From: Dehalococcoidia bacterium
GTDB taxonomy: Bacteria; Chloroflexota; Dehalococcoidia; Bin125
Length of the DNA: 64,000 nt
Reading direction: 5' to 3'
NCBI GenBank assembly: GCA_965203165.1
Contig: OZ241849.1
Location: forward strand, 2,766,861-2,830,860
Within the stretch, counting starts at the first letter, position 1. Every line of letters starts with the position of its first letter. Below are positions 8,467 to 17,886 of the stretch, in pieces. The notes under the pieces are model-generated. The model did no database searches and was not told the origin of the DNA. It saw nothing but the letters and a program-made list of their open reading frames with translations. Both the position numbers and the translations under genes were made by a program.

Positions 8467-9927
8467 TCAGCCTACCTCAGTCGGGATGATGTGGAGCTTG
8501 AGGAAGTTGGTCGGCTGGTTTTGCCCGAGCGGCAGGCCGCCGGTGATCACGATTCGGTCGCCGGCGCGGAGGCCGAGCTCGCGCACGGCGGCGCGCTCGA
8601 CGTCGCTGATCATCTCTTCGAGGCTGTCGGGCGGCTCGCAAAGCGCGGGGCGCACGCCCCAGAGCAGTTGCAGGCGCTGCTCGACATCGGGCGAGGGCGC
8701 GAGCACCACGGTCGGCACGGGCAGGCGGTCTTTGGCGATCAGCCGCCCGCTGCGGCCGCCGGCGGTGAAGGCGATCACCGCTTTGACCTCGGGATGCTGG
8801 TCGACCGCCGCGGCGACCGCCCAGGCGATTGTGCGTCCGATATCGCCCGCGCCCGCGCCGGGCAGTCCGGCTGCGCCGCGCGCGGGGTCGCTGGCCTCGG
8901 CCGAGCGGATGATGGCGTCCATCATTTCGACGGTTTCCACGGGGCCGCGCCCAACCGCCGTTTCGGCCGAGAGCATCAGCGCGTCGGCGCCGTCCCAGAC
9001 CGCGTTGGCCACGTCGCTGGCCTCGGCTCGCGTGGGGCGCGTGCGCTGCACCATGCTCTCGAGCATCTGGGTGGCGATGATCACCGGCGCGAGCGAGCGG
9101 CCGGCCGCGTCAATGATGCTGCGCTGGAGGACGGGCACCTCGGCGGGGCCGACCTCGACGCCGAGGTCGCCGCGCGCGACCATCGCGCCGTCGGCGGCGC
9201 TGATGATCTGCGCCAGCGAGTCGAGCGCCACAGCCGTTTCGATCTTGGCGATCAGAGGGATGTCGCCCCCCGCGTCGGCGACGGCCTGGCGCCCGGCTTC
9301 GACATCGGCGACGGTGCGGACAAAGGAGAGCGCGACATAGTCCATCCCGTGCTCAACGGCGAAGCGGGCGTTGGCGCGGTCGACGTCGGTGACCGCTTCC
9401 AGCTGCGCGCCGGCGCCGAGCGCGTGCAGGCCGGCGCGCGGCGTGAGCAGCCCGCCGCCGCGCACCTGCGTTTCGATGCGCGGGCCGTTGACCGCTTCGA
9501 CGCGCACATCAATCTCGCCGTCGCGCAGATAGACGCGGTCGCCCGGCGCGACCTCGTCGACCAACGCGGCGTAGGAGCAGCCGGCGACAAACTCGCCGCC
9601 CTCGCGGCGCAGCGGCTCGTCGGAGCCGGCGACGATGGTGAGTCTGTCGCGCCGCGCAACTTCAACCGGAGCGTCGCCGCCTCCGATGCGGATTTTCGGC
9701 CCCTGCAAGTCGCCCAGGATCGCAACCGGCTTGCCCGCCGCCCGCTGCGCCGCGCGCACCGCGGCGGTGAGCTGCGACCAGGAGTCCGGATCGCCGTGCG
9801 AGAAGTTGATTCGCGCGACATCGACGCCGGCCTCGATCAGGCGCTGAACAGTTTCAAGATCGGCGCTCGCAGGTCCAAGCGTCGCGACGATCTTGGTGCG
9901 CCGCTCGCGGTCGCTGGGCTCCGGCAT
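8467..9927 (-). CDS. pyk: Pyruvate kinase
   Basis: RRTKIVATLGPAS, ARINFSHGD, MVARGDLGVE and IATQMLESM motifs. 486 aa. Confidence 0.95.
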   Translation of the reverse strand: MPEPSDRERRTKIVATLGPASADLETVQRLIEAGVDVARINFSHGDPDSWSQLTAAVRAAQRAAGKPVAILGDLQGPKIRIGGGDAPVEVARRDRLTIVAGSDEPLRREGGEFVAGCSYAALVDEVAPGDRVYLRDGEIDVRVEAVNGPRIETQVRGGGLLTPRAGLHALGAGAQLEAVTDVDRANARFAVEHGMDYVALSFVRTVADVEAGRQAVADAGGDIPLIAKIETAVALDSLAQIISAADGAMVARGDLGVEVGPAEVPVLQRSIIDAAGRSLAPVIIATQMLESMVQRTRPTRAEASDVANAVWDGADALMLSAETAVGRGPVETVEMMDAIIRSAEASDPARGAAGLPGAGAGDIGRTIAWAVAAAVDQHPEVKAVIAFTAGGRSGRLIAKDRLPVPTVVLAPSPDVEQRLQLLWGVRPALCEPPDSLEEMISDVERAAVRELGLRAGDRIVITGGLPLGQNQPTNFLKLHIIPTEVG

Positions 9928-10003
9928 GCGCGCACCTCGTCCGTAGTTGCGCGTCCGATCTTACGCGCTGGCGGCGTGATGGGGGTGTGCGGTCGTCGGC
10001 CGC

Positions 10004-10032
10004 TTGACAGTCGTGATGCGAAGGCGCACAAT
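10004..10032 (+). promoter_or_regulatory. Sigma70-like promoter (TTGACA-17 nt-CACAAT)
   Basis: TTGACA at 10004-10009, 17-nt spacer, CACAAT at 10027-10032. The predicted TSS is close to 10039. Confidence 0.45.
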
Positions 10033-10039
10033 AGGGACT

Positions 10040-10225
10040 GCTCAGCCCTTCGGTGCCTTTCCGAGGGGAAACCCCGGATGGAGAGTTAAACCCCGCCCTT
10101 CGGTGCTCGCCGACCACGGGATCAACCGGCCATTGCGGCCGACACCGCGCGACGCCCTGACGCACCCTACCGGCGGGCAACGGCAAACCATCCGACACCA
10201 TCGACGTGGCACCCTACGGCTGAGC
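10040..10225 (+). ncRNA. Candidate structured RNA (rod-like, 6S-like or long 5' leader of the NYN gene)
   Basis: Nested long-range complementarities: GCTCAGCC..GGTGCC (10040-10057) with GGCACC..GGCTGAGC (10208-10225); CGGATGG (10075-10081) with CCATCCG (10188-10194); CCCGCC (10092-10097) with GGCGGG (10172-10177). There is a local hairpin CGGCC-N5-GGCCG near 10127-10141. It starts at the predicted TSS. Confidence 0.3.
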
Positions 10226-10288
10226 AACGCTTCGATCTCATTACCTTCTCCCGGGTTGCGCTGTTGAGCGCGTGGTACCATCCGGCAG

Positions 10289-10969
10289 ATGACCCGCAGG
10301 GCGATCGTCTACATTGACTACGAGAATGCGTACCGCAATGCCCGGGACTTCTTTCACAACGGCGATCCCGGGGACGACCGTACGAATGGGCACTTCAAAC
10401 CGCGCGCGCTTGCGGAGGTTCTCTGCGAGCGATACTCCGCGATGTTTCCTGCGCGCGAGTCATTGAACCTCGAAGCGGTTCGTGTCTTTCGAGGTCGTCC
10501 AGTACCACGGTATGAGGCCGCCGCGGCGTCCGCCTGGAGGCGACAAGCCGAGGCGTGGGAAGCCGAAGGCGTCTCGATAACACATATTCCGCTGCACTAC
10601 GATCCACAGGGCCGCGGTCGAGAGAAAGGCGTCGACATTCTGCTGGCGCTCCATCTCGTTATGGATGCGGTCGAGCGAAACTGCGATGCGGCCATCCTAT
10701 TCTCCAGAGACAGCGATTTCGAACCCGTTCCTGGAATGGTCGGTCGCCTCCCGGCGCCGCGCCCTGTCGTGTTGGCCGGCGGGTGGACATCCGGGCGCAG
10801 GCATTCGGCCTTTCCCACTCGCGAGCGACCGCTGTTAATCGGTCCAGCCGCATACCACGAGCGGTGCGCAGACACGACGGTCTATCTGACGCTGCATCAA
10901 GGCAAGCCGGCCACAAAGACGCAGAGGCGTCGTCGCAAGAGGCGGCGAGGCAAAAGATCGGCCGGCTGA
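10289..10969 (+). CDS. NYN (LabA-like) domain protein with basic C-terminal tail
   Basis: IVYIDYENAY, EKGVDILLALHLV and AILFSRDSDF motifs. The tail is KTQRRRRKRRRGKR. Confidence 0.7.
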   Translation: MTRRAIVYIDYENAYRNARDFFHNGDPGDDRTNGHFKPRALAEVLCERYSAMFPARESLNLEAVRVFRGRPVPRYEAAAASAWRRQAEAWEAEGVSITHIPLHYDPQGRGREKGVDILLALHLVMDAVERNCDAAILFSRDSDFEPVPGMVGRLPAPRPVVLAGGWTSGRRHSAFPTRERPLLIGPAAYHERCADTTVYLTLHQGKPATKTQRRRRKRRRGKRSAG

Positions 10970-11059
10970 GCGTGAAGCGGCAAGGCGTCGGCGTTTGCGA
11001 TCTCGCAACGTCTCGCCAGAGCCTGTTCACAATTCTCTCTCTCGTTGCCCTCGCGCAAC

Positions 11060-11632
11060 AGATCCACCACCCGCGCCCCCGTCCGTCATACCCGCGCTCC
11101 CGTCCGTCATACCCGCGCCCCGTCCGTCATACCCGCGCCCCCGTCCGTCATACCCGCGCTCGCCGCGGGTATCTCGCCGCAGTGCGCACAAAGCCCCACC
11201 CCTGCCCCCGCGCCCCGTCCGTCATACCCGCGCCCCGTCCGTCATACCCGCGCTCGCCGCGGGTATCTCGCCGCAGTGCGCACAAAGCCCCGCCCCTGCC
11301 CCCGCGCTCCCGTCCGTCATACCCGCGCCCCCGTCCGTCATACCCGCGCCCCGTCCGTCATACCCGCGCTCGCCGCGGGTATCTCGCCGCAGTGCGCACA
11401 AAGCCCCATCCCTGCCCCCGCGCCCCGTCCGTCATACCCGCGCCCCGTCCGTCATACCCGCGCTCGCCGCGGGTATCTCGCCGCAGTGCGCACAAAGCCC
11501 CACCCCCGCCCCCGCGCCCCCGTCCGTCATACCCGCGCTCGCCGCGGGTATCTCGCCGCAGTACGCACAAAGCCCCACCCCTGCCCCCGCGCCCCGTCCG
11601 TCATACCCGCGCTCGCCGCGGGCATGACGGAT
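11060..11632. repeat. Family-1 palindromic repeat array
   Basis: At least 6 full units of CCGTCATACCCGCGCTCGCCGCGGGTATCTCGCCGCAGTGCGCACAAAGCCCC, each preceded by 1-3 half-sites CGTCCGTCATACCCGCGC. Confidence 0.9.
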
Positions 11633-11676
11633 CTGCTTGCGGGGGTGGGGCGGGAGATGGGGGGGTGTGAATGGGC

Positions 11677-12825
11677 CTAGCGCCGCAGCGGCTGCATTCG
11701 CCGGTATGTCGCCACGCGCCAGAGCCACTCGAAGGGGCCGAAGCGGAAATACTTCAGCCAGACCGGGGACCAGAGCAGCTGCAGCGCCCAGACTGCCAGC
11801 ACGAAGCCCAGAATCGCGGTGCGGGTCAGGTCGGCGTCGCCAAGCAGCGAGCGCAGCACGATCACGCCGATGATTGTCTGCGTCAGGTAGTTGGTCAGCG
11901 CCATTCGGCCCGTCGACTGGAGCGCGTGGTGGATGCGCCGCTGACGGCGCATATTCCAGAGGATGACCAGCGCGATAATTCCCAGCGCGGCGGGAATCGT
12001 GCCGACCGTGTTGGGGATGCCGGTCAGCAGGGCGATTTTCGGATCGAAGTCGTAGATTGCGGCGATTGCGACGCCGAGCGCGGCCAGCGGCAGGCCGACG
12101 CCCAGGCCGTACAGCGCCATCCGGCGGTAGAACTGCGGCGGCTTCTCGCCGCTGAGCACACCCAGCCGGAACAGGGCGACGCCGATCAGCATCATGCCTA
12201 CCGCGCGCGCGAAGAAGTCGAAGATGAAGTAGAGGCCCACGCCGTCCGACGAATCGCCCTCGCTCAGCCAGAGCTCGCCCAGCTGCCGCCCATCCGCATC
12301 GACGCCGGTCTGCGCCGCCCCCGCCACGATCGGAATGATCAGCACCAGCGCGGCGCCCGTCGCCAGCAGCGCCTTGGGCGGCGCGTTGCGCGCGAGGATC
12401 AGAATCGGCGCGGCGACCGCGTAGATCACCAGCACATCGCCGTCCCAGAGCAGCATGTGCAGCACGCCGATGCCCAGCAGCAGCAGGTTCCGCCAGAAGC
12501 TCAGCCAGCCAGCGCTCTTGCCCTTGGCGGCGGCGCGATCCGCGAACAGCACGATCCCGGCCCCGAACAGGATCGAGAAGATGCCCATGAACTTCTGGTC
12601 GATGAAGATTTCGCCGAGGACGCCGATGGTCCAGTCGAGCCAGGTCTCGGTTCCGTCGGCGCTGAGGTTGAAGTAGGCGGCGGGGGGCAGGCCGTAGGAG
12701 ACCGCATTCATCAGCAGGATGCCGAGCACGGCCACGCCGCGCAGCATGTCGAGGTGCGTGATCCGCGCCGTCTCGGCGACCGGGCCGGAGTCCGGCGGCG
12801 GTTCGGAGGTTGTTGGCTCTGGCAT
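11677..12825 (-). CDS. DUF418 (YeiB-like) membrane protein
   Basis: RITHLDMLRGVAVLGILLMN...FSILFGAG N-terminus, multi-TM, and C-terminal GPFEWLWR motif typical of DUF418. Confidence 0.75.
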   Translation of the reverse strand: MPEPTTSEPPPDSGPVAETARITHLDMLRGVAVLGILLMNAVSYGLPPAAYFNLSADGTETWLDWTIGVLGEIFIDQKFMGIFSILFGAGIVLFADRAAAKGKSAGWLSFWRNLLLLGIGVLHMLLWDGDVLVIYAVAAPILILARNAPPKALLATGAALVLIIPIVAGAAQTGVDADGRQLGELWLSEGDSSDGVGLYFIFDFFARAVGMMLIGVALFRLGVLSGEKPPQFYRRMALYGLGVGLPLAALGVAIAAIYDFDPKIALLTGIPNTVGTIPAALGIIALVILWNMRRQRRIHHALQSTGRMALTNYLTQTIIGVIVLRSLLGDADLTRTAILGFVLAVWALQLLWSPVWLKYFRFGPFEWLWRVATYRRMQPLRR

Positions 12826-12901
12826 TGAGGGACAGCCTAGCGCTACCCTCGTCTGACTCCACGCACACTCTCACGCAACATGACGAAATGAGGCGCGCGC
12901 G

Positions 12902-14071
12902 ATGATCGAACCGGTCGCCGCTGTCGGACGGATGGGCACCGAAACGGCCTTCGAGGTGCTGGCGCGCGCCAACCAGCTCGCCGCCGAGGGCCGCAGCATC
13001 ATCAATCTGGGCATCGGGCAGCCTGATTTCGAGACCCCCGCCCACATCGTCGACGCGGGCCGCCAGGCGCTGACCGACGGGCGGCACGGCTACACCCCCG
13101 CCGCCGGCATTCCCGAGCTGCGCGAGGCGGTCGCCAACGATCTCGAGCGCCGCCACGGCGAGCGCGTCGATCCCGCCGCCGTGCTGATCACGCCCGGCGC
13201 GAAGCCGGTCATGTTCTGCACCATCCTGCTGATGGGCGAGCCCGGCGCGGAAATCCTCTACCCCAATCCGGGCTTCCCGATCTACGAGTCGCTGATTCGC
13301 TATTCGGGTGCGACGGCGGTGCCAATCGCGCTGCGCGAGCAGGACGGCTTCACGTTCGATCCTGAGCAGGTGCTGAGCCAGATCAACGAGCGCACCCGGC
13401 TGATCATCCTGAACAGCCCCGCCAACCCGACCGGCGGCGCGGCGACGCGAGAGCAGCTGGATCGGCTCGCCGCGGGGCTGGCCGAGTGGCCCGACGTCGT
13501 CGTGCTGAGCGACGAAATCTATTCCAACATCCTCTACGAGGGCCGCGAGCATGTCACGATGCTGCGCTACCCGGAGCTGCGCGACCGGCTGGTGCTGCTG
13601 GACGGCTGGAGCAAGACCTACGCGATGACCGGCTGGCGGCTGGGCTACGGCGTCTTCCCGCCCGCGCTCTTCGCGCACGCCGAGCGAATCGCGATCAACG
13701 CCTGGTCCTGCCCCAACGCCGCGACTCAGTATGCCGCCGTGGCCGCGCTTGAAGGCGATCAGTCGCCCGTCGCGCGGATGGTCGAGGCGTTCGACGAGCG
13801 CCGCCGGGTGATCGTCGCCGAGTTGAACGAGGTTCCCGGCGTCAGCTGCGTCGATCCGGCCGGCGCGTTCTACGCCTTCCCCAACATCAGCGAGACTGGC
13901 ATCGACGCACGCACGCTGCAGCGCCGTCTGCTCGACGAGGTCGGCCTGGCGGTGATCGCCGGCACCTCGTTCGGGCAGCTCGGCGAGGGCTACCTGCGCT
14001 TCTCCTACGCCGCCGGCCTCGACGAAATCCGCGAGGGCGTCAGCCGTATGCGCCGCCTGCTGGCCGGCTGA
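12902..14071 (+). CDS. PLP-dependent aminotransferase, class I/II (aspartate aminotransferase-like)
   Basis: INLGIGQPDF, NSPANPTG and SKTYAMTGWRLGY (PLP lysine) motifs. Confidence 0.85.
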   Translation: MIEPVAAVGRMGTETAFEVLARANQLAAEGRSIINLGIGQPDFETPAHIVDAGRQALTDGRHGYTPAAGIPELREAVANDLERRHGERVDPAAVLITPGAKPVMFCTILLMGEPGAEILYPNPGFPIYESLIRYSGATAVPIALREQDGFTFDPEQVLSQINERTRLIILNSPANPTGGAATREQLDRLAAGLAEWPDVVVLSDEIYSNILYEGREHVTMLRYPELRDRLVLLDGWSKTYAMTGWRLGYGVFPPALFAHAERIAINAWSCPNAATQYAAVAALEGDQSPVARMVEAFDERRRVIVAELNEVPGVSCVDPAGAFYAFPNISETGIDARTLQRRLLDEVGLAVIAGTSFGQLGEGYLRFSYAAGLDEIREGVSRMRRLLAG

Positions 14072-14094
14072 AACAGTAACAAAGGAGCGGAACG

Positions 14095-14577
14095 ATGAGC
14101 GACAGCTTCGAGTACATCTCGCGCAACCGTCTGGTACTGAAAGACGGCATGCGCCACGCCACGCTGGGCGACGTGCCCAAGCCGGTCGTCTACGGCGTGC
14201 AGGGCGCGCTCAAGGAGTACTACGGCGCGCCCGCCGACGCGCCGCCCGTGGCCGCCACGCTCGACCACATCGTCGCCGCGGTCGGCGGTTGAATGTACGG
14301 CACTCTCGCGCGGGCGTTGGCCGCGCGCAAGGTCGAATTCGATACCGCCGCCTACAGCGCCGATGTGCTGGGCACGATTCGCGGTGAGCGCAAGGAGACG
14401 ATTCGGATCACCGGCATTCACGTCGTCTTTCACATTCCCGGGGTGAGCGCGGAGCAGCGCGCCGCCGCCGAGCGCGCCGTGCAGTTCCACGCCGGCGGCT
14501 GCCCGGCGCACGAGAGCGTCAAGGACGCCATCGAGATCACCTGGGAGGCCGACTGGGCCGCCGCGCCGGCGCCGTAA
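14095..14577 (+). CDS. OsmC/Ohr-family peroxiredoxin-like protein with in-frame TGA (14290-14292) at the catalytic Cys position: possible selenoprotein, otherwise a pseudogene
   Basis: ORFs 14095..14292 and 14293..14577 share one frame. The joined 160-aa product reads ..LDHIVAAVGG-[TGA]-MYGTLARAL.. and retains the second family Cys (HAGGCPAHESV). A hairpin CGCGCGG-GCGTTGG-CCGCGCG lies at 14307-14327. Confidence 0.55.
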
Positions 14578-14954
14578 TGGATGCGCCCGACGGGCTGCGC
14601 TACTCCGACGACGACCTCTGGGTTGACGTCGAGGGTGCGCTGCGGCGCGTGGGCGTGACCGACTACGCGCAGGATCAGCTGGGCGAAATCGTCTACCTCG
14701 AGCTGCCCGAGCCGGGCGCGCCCGTCGCCGCAGGCGAGCCGTTCGGCGTGATCGAATCCGCCAAGGCGGTGATCGATCTGATCAGCCCGCTCAGCGGCGT
14801 GGTGCGGGAACGCAACGACGCTGCAATCGCCCAACCCACTCTGGTCAACGAACAGCCCTACGCCGGCGGTTGGCTGCTGCGCGTCGCGCCGGCGGGCGCG
14901 CTGCCGGCCGCCTTAATGCAGGCGGCGACGTACCGCGCGCTGCGCGCCGAGTAG
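14577..14954 (+). CDS. gcvH: Glycine cleavage system H protein
   Basis: GVTDYAQDQLGEIVYLELP and lipoyl-lysine motif VIESAKAV. The start overlaps the preceding stop (TAATG). Confidence 0.9.
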   Translation: MDAPDGLRYSDDDLWVDVEGALRRVGVTDYAQDQLGEIVYLELPEPGAPVAAGEPFGVIESAKAVIDLISPLSGVVRERNDAAIAQPTLVNEQPYAGGWLLRVAPAGALPAALMQAATYRALRAE

Positions 14955-14965
14955 CGCGCCCCTGC

Positions 14966-15196
14966 TCAGAGCGGGCGGCGTGAAGCCCAGATGACATCCT
15001 TGGGCTGGCCGGGCGGTGGCGGCTCTGGCGCGGCCGGCTCGCGGTCGGCCAAATCGCCCATCGTAGACGTAACGAATTCGTCCAGCGGCAGCGGCTTGCC
15101 GCCGAGCGTGAAGCGCGCCTCCGGCCCGATGTGCGGCGAGCGGTCGTCCTCCGCCTCTTCCTCAAGCAACTCGTCGGTTCGCTCGTCGTCCGGCAT
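14966..15196 (-). CDS. Hypothetical acidic small protein (76 aa)
   Basis: High GC3 codon pattern in this frame. Divergent from the 15219 gene. No recognisable domain. Confidence 0.4.
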   Translation of the reverse strand: MPDDERTDELLEEEAEDDRSPHIGPEARFTLGGKPLPLDEFVTSTMGDLADREPAAPEPPPPGQPKDVIWASRRPL

Positions 15197-15218
15197 GCGC
15201 GCAACGTAGCATGAGGCG

Positions 15219-15944
15219 GTGCTCGACTACACCGCGCTGGAGTTCCCCGACCCGCCCGCCGACCGCCCCTACACGGCGATCAACATGGTGATGTCCGCCG
15301 ACGGCCATACGACCGTCGAGGGCTCCGAACGCGGGCTGGGCTCCGAAACCGATCAACGGCTGATGCGCGAGCTGCGCGTGCATTTCGACGTGGTGCTCAA
15401 CGGCGCGGGGACCTTTCGCGCCTCCGGCACGTCGGCCCGCCTCAACCGCCCCGAACTCGAGCAGTGGCGAACCGAACGCGGCATGCCGCCCTCACCGATC
15501 GCCGCCGTGCTGACCCGCTCCGGCGACCTGCCGCCCGAGCGCCGCTTCTTCACCGACCGCAGCTTCGACGCCGTCGTCTACCTCTCCAGCGCCGCCTCTC
15601 CCAACGCCCGCAAGCGCCTCGCCGCGCTGGGACGCCCCGTCATAGAAGTCCCGGCGGGCGCGGAGGTCAAGGCCGCCTTCCAACACATGCGCGAGCACCT
15701 GGGCGCGCAGCGCGTGCTGGTCGAAGGCGGCGCAACCCTCAACGGCGCAATCATCCAGGCCGGCCTGGCCGACGAGTTCTTCCTAACGCTCGCCCCAAAA
15801 ATCACAGGCGGCCCCGACCAAACCCCCGCCGTCCAATGGCCCGCCCCCGCCTCCCGCAGCGCCCTGCAACAGCTGAACCTAATCCAGGCCCACACCGATC
15901 CCCAAACCAACGAACTCTTCCTCCGCTACAAATTCAGCGCATAG
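15219..15944 (+). CDS. RibD C-terminal domain / dihydrofolate-reductase-like reductase
   Basis: PYTAINMVMSADGHTT..GSE.GLGSETD..LMRELR...DVVLNGAGT and RVLVEGGATLNG are typical of the RibD_C family. GTG start. Confidence 0.75.
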   Translation: MLDYTALEFPDPPADRPYTAINMVMSADGHTTVEGSERGLGSETDQRLMRELRVHFDVVLNGAGTFRASGTSARLNRPELEQWRTERGMPPSPIAAVLTRSGDLPPERRFFTDRSFDAVVYLSSAASPNARKRLAALGRPVIEVPAGAEVKAAFQHMREHLGAQRVLVEGGATLNGAIIQAGLADEFFLTLAPKITGGPDQTPAVQWPAPASRSALQQLNLIQAHTDPQTNELFLRYKFSA

Positions 15945-16025
15945 CTTGTTTCGCCCGCGCCTGTAACTCCTGCTCCACTCTCGGCCCTTCCTCTCCGGCT
16001 TCTTCCACCACCCCAGCGCAAATCG

Positions 16026-16825
16026 ATCCGTCATAGCGCGGGAGCAACTCCGTCATACCCGCGGGAGCAACTCCGTCATACCCGCGCACAACAATAGATC
16101 CGTCATACCCGCGCTTGCCGCGGGTATCTCGCCGCGGTGCGCACCAAGTCCGTTCCCGCCGCCCAACCCCCGCGCGCTCCCTTTCCGTCATACCCGCGGG
16201 AGCAACTCCGTCATACCCGCGCACAACATTAGATCCGTCATACCCGCGCTTGCCGCGGGTATCTCGCCGCGGTGCGCACCAAGTCCGTTCCCGCCGCCCA
16301 ACCCCCGCGCGCTCCCTTTCCGTCATACCCGCGCTTGCCGCGGGTATCTCGCCGCGGTGCGCACCAAGTCCGTTCCCGCCGCCCAACCCCCGCGCGCTCC
16401 CTTTCCGTCATACCCGCGCTTGCCGCGGGTATCTCGCCGCGGTGCGCACCAAGTCCGTTCCCGCCGCCCAACCCCCACGCGCTCCCTTTCCGTCATACCC
16501 GCGCTTGCCGCGGGTATCTCGCCGCGGTGCGCACCAAGTCCGTTCCCGCCGCCCAACCCCCGCGCGCTCCCTTTCCGTCATACCCGCGCTTGCCGCGGGT
16601 ATCTCGCCGCGGTGCGCACCAAGTCCGTTCCCGCCGCCCAACCCGCGCGCTCCCTTTCCGTCATACCCCGCACAACATTAGATCCGTCATACCCGCGCTT
16701 GCCGCGGGTATCTCGCCGCGGTGCGCACCAAGTCCGTTCCCGCCGCCCAACCCCCGCGCGCTCCCTTTCCGTCATACCCGCGGGAGCAACTCCGTCATAC
16801 CCGCGCTTGCCGCAGGTATGACGGA
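16026..16825. repeat. Family-1 palindromic repeat array including a regular 85-bp tandem block
   Basis: CCGTCATACCCGCGCTTGCCGCGGGT starts at 16235, 16320, 16405, 16490 and 16575, an exact 85-bp period. Further copies lie near 16100 and 16684, with a degenerate reverse copy at 16803-16825. Confidence 0.95.
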
Positions 16826-16850
16826 TTTTGCGCGAACAGCCGCCCCTCCC

Positions 16851-17795
16851 CTACACCTCCCGCACCAGCTTCTTCAGCGAGTGCAGCTCTTTACCCAGCG
16901 CCTTGCCGCGAATCGTGTTGCAGACCTCCCCCACGTACACATCCCCGCGCGAATCCACCGCAATCCCGTGCGGCGCGATGAACTTGCCCGCCTCCTCGCC
17001 TTCCTCCGCGTCGCCCAGCAGCGCCAGCCGCTCGCCGTCGCGCGAGTAGATGCTCACCCGGTGGCCCAGGCCTGGCGCGTCGGCCATCCCGCCCATCTCG
17101 TTCAGTTCGCCGATGTAGATGTTGCCGTCCGGCGCGAGCGTCAGCCCGTCGGGGCGGTGGATGTTGTTCCACATCGTCACGAACTGCCCCGATTCGCTGA
17201 AGATCTGCACCCGATGGCACTCGCGGTCGGCGATGTAGAGCAGGCCGTCCTCATCAATCGCGATGTTGTGCGGGCGGATGAACTGGCCGGCGTCAATGCC
17301 CGGCGTCCCCCAGGTCTGCTTGTGTTCGCCGTCGGCGTTGAAGCGGTGTACGCACGAGTTGCCGTAGCCGTCGGTCACGAAGATGTCGCCCGTGCGCGGC
17401 GAAACCGCCGCGTGCGTCGGGCGGTTGAACGGCTTGCCGGCCCAGGCCGGCGCGGGGTTGTAGGGATCGCCCAGCGTTTGCAGCAGCTCGCCGTCGGGCG
17501 ACCAGCGGGTGATCGTGTGCGTCCCGTCGTCCGCGCCCCAAACATCGCCCTCCGGCCCGATCCAGATGCCGTGCGAGCGATCGGTGAAGTTCCCCTGCCC
17601 CCACGAGCCGCGCCAGGTTCCGTCGGCGTCGAAGACCATCACCGGGTGCTCGACATTGCGCGTCAGCACGTAGACCGTGTCATCCGCGCCCACGGCGACG
17701 CCGGGCGACTCGACCAGCGTCACCCCATCCGGCAGTTGCTCCCAGATGTCCAGGGCTGTGTAGCTGAAGCCGCCGTCGCTGAGTTGCGCCGTCAT
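16851..17795 (-). CDS. NHL-repeat six-bladed beta-propeller protein (amidating-lyase-like)
   Basis: Repeated motifs P.GIAVD..G.VYV.D / HRVQIF..G throughout 314 aa. Confidence 0.7.
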   Translation of the reverse strand: MTAQLSDGGFSYTALDIWEQLPDGVTLVESPGVAVGADDTVYVLTRNVEHPVMVFDADGTWRGSWGQGNFTDRSHGIWIGPEGDVWGADDGTHTITRWSPDGELLQTLGDPYNPAPAWAGKPFNRPTHAAVSPRTGDIFVTDGYGNSCVHRFNADGEHKQTWGTPGIDAGQFIRPHNIAIDEDGLLYIADRECHRVQIFSESGQFVTMWNNIHRPDGLTLAPDGNIYIGELNEMGGMADAPGLGHRVSIYSRDGERLALLGDAEEGEEAGKFIAPHGIAVDSRGDVYVGEVCNTIRGKALGKELHSLKKLVREV

Positions 17796-17886
17796 CGCTC
17801 ACCTCGAATCCTGCCGAAACGTGTCCCCGCCGTCGTTGGCGCATACCCTAGCGGTTACGCGGGCGATCGGGCGCGGAGGGCGAGCA

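Noticed and set aside
11432-13678. 748-aa ORF on the minus strand
   Set aside because: It overlaps the DUF418 gene in another frame and is antisense to the aminotransferase. The composition is Arg/Pro-rich. Rejected as non-coding.
16235-16660. CRISPR-like regular array (35-bp palindromic repeat with 50-bp spacer)
   Set aside because: The spacer segments are nearly identical to each other, no cas genes are nearby, and the repeat is the same REP/MITE unit found all over the window. It is tandem amplification, not a CRISPR.
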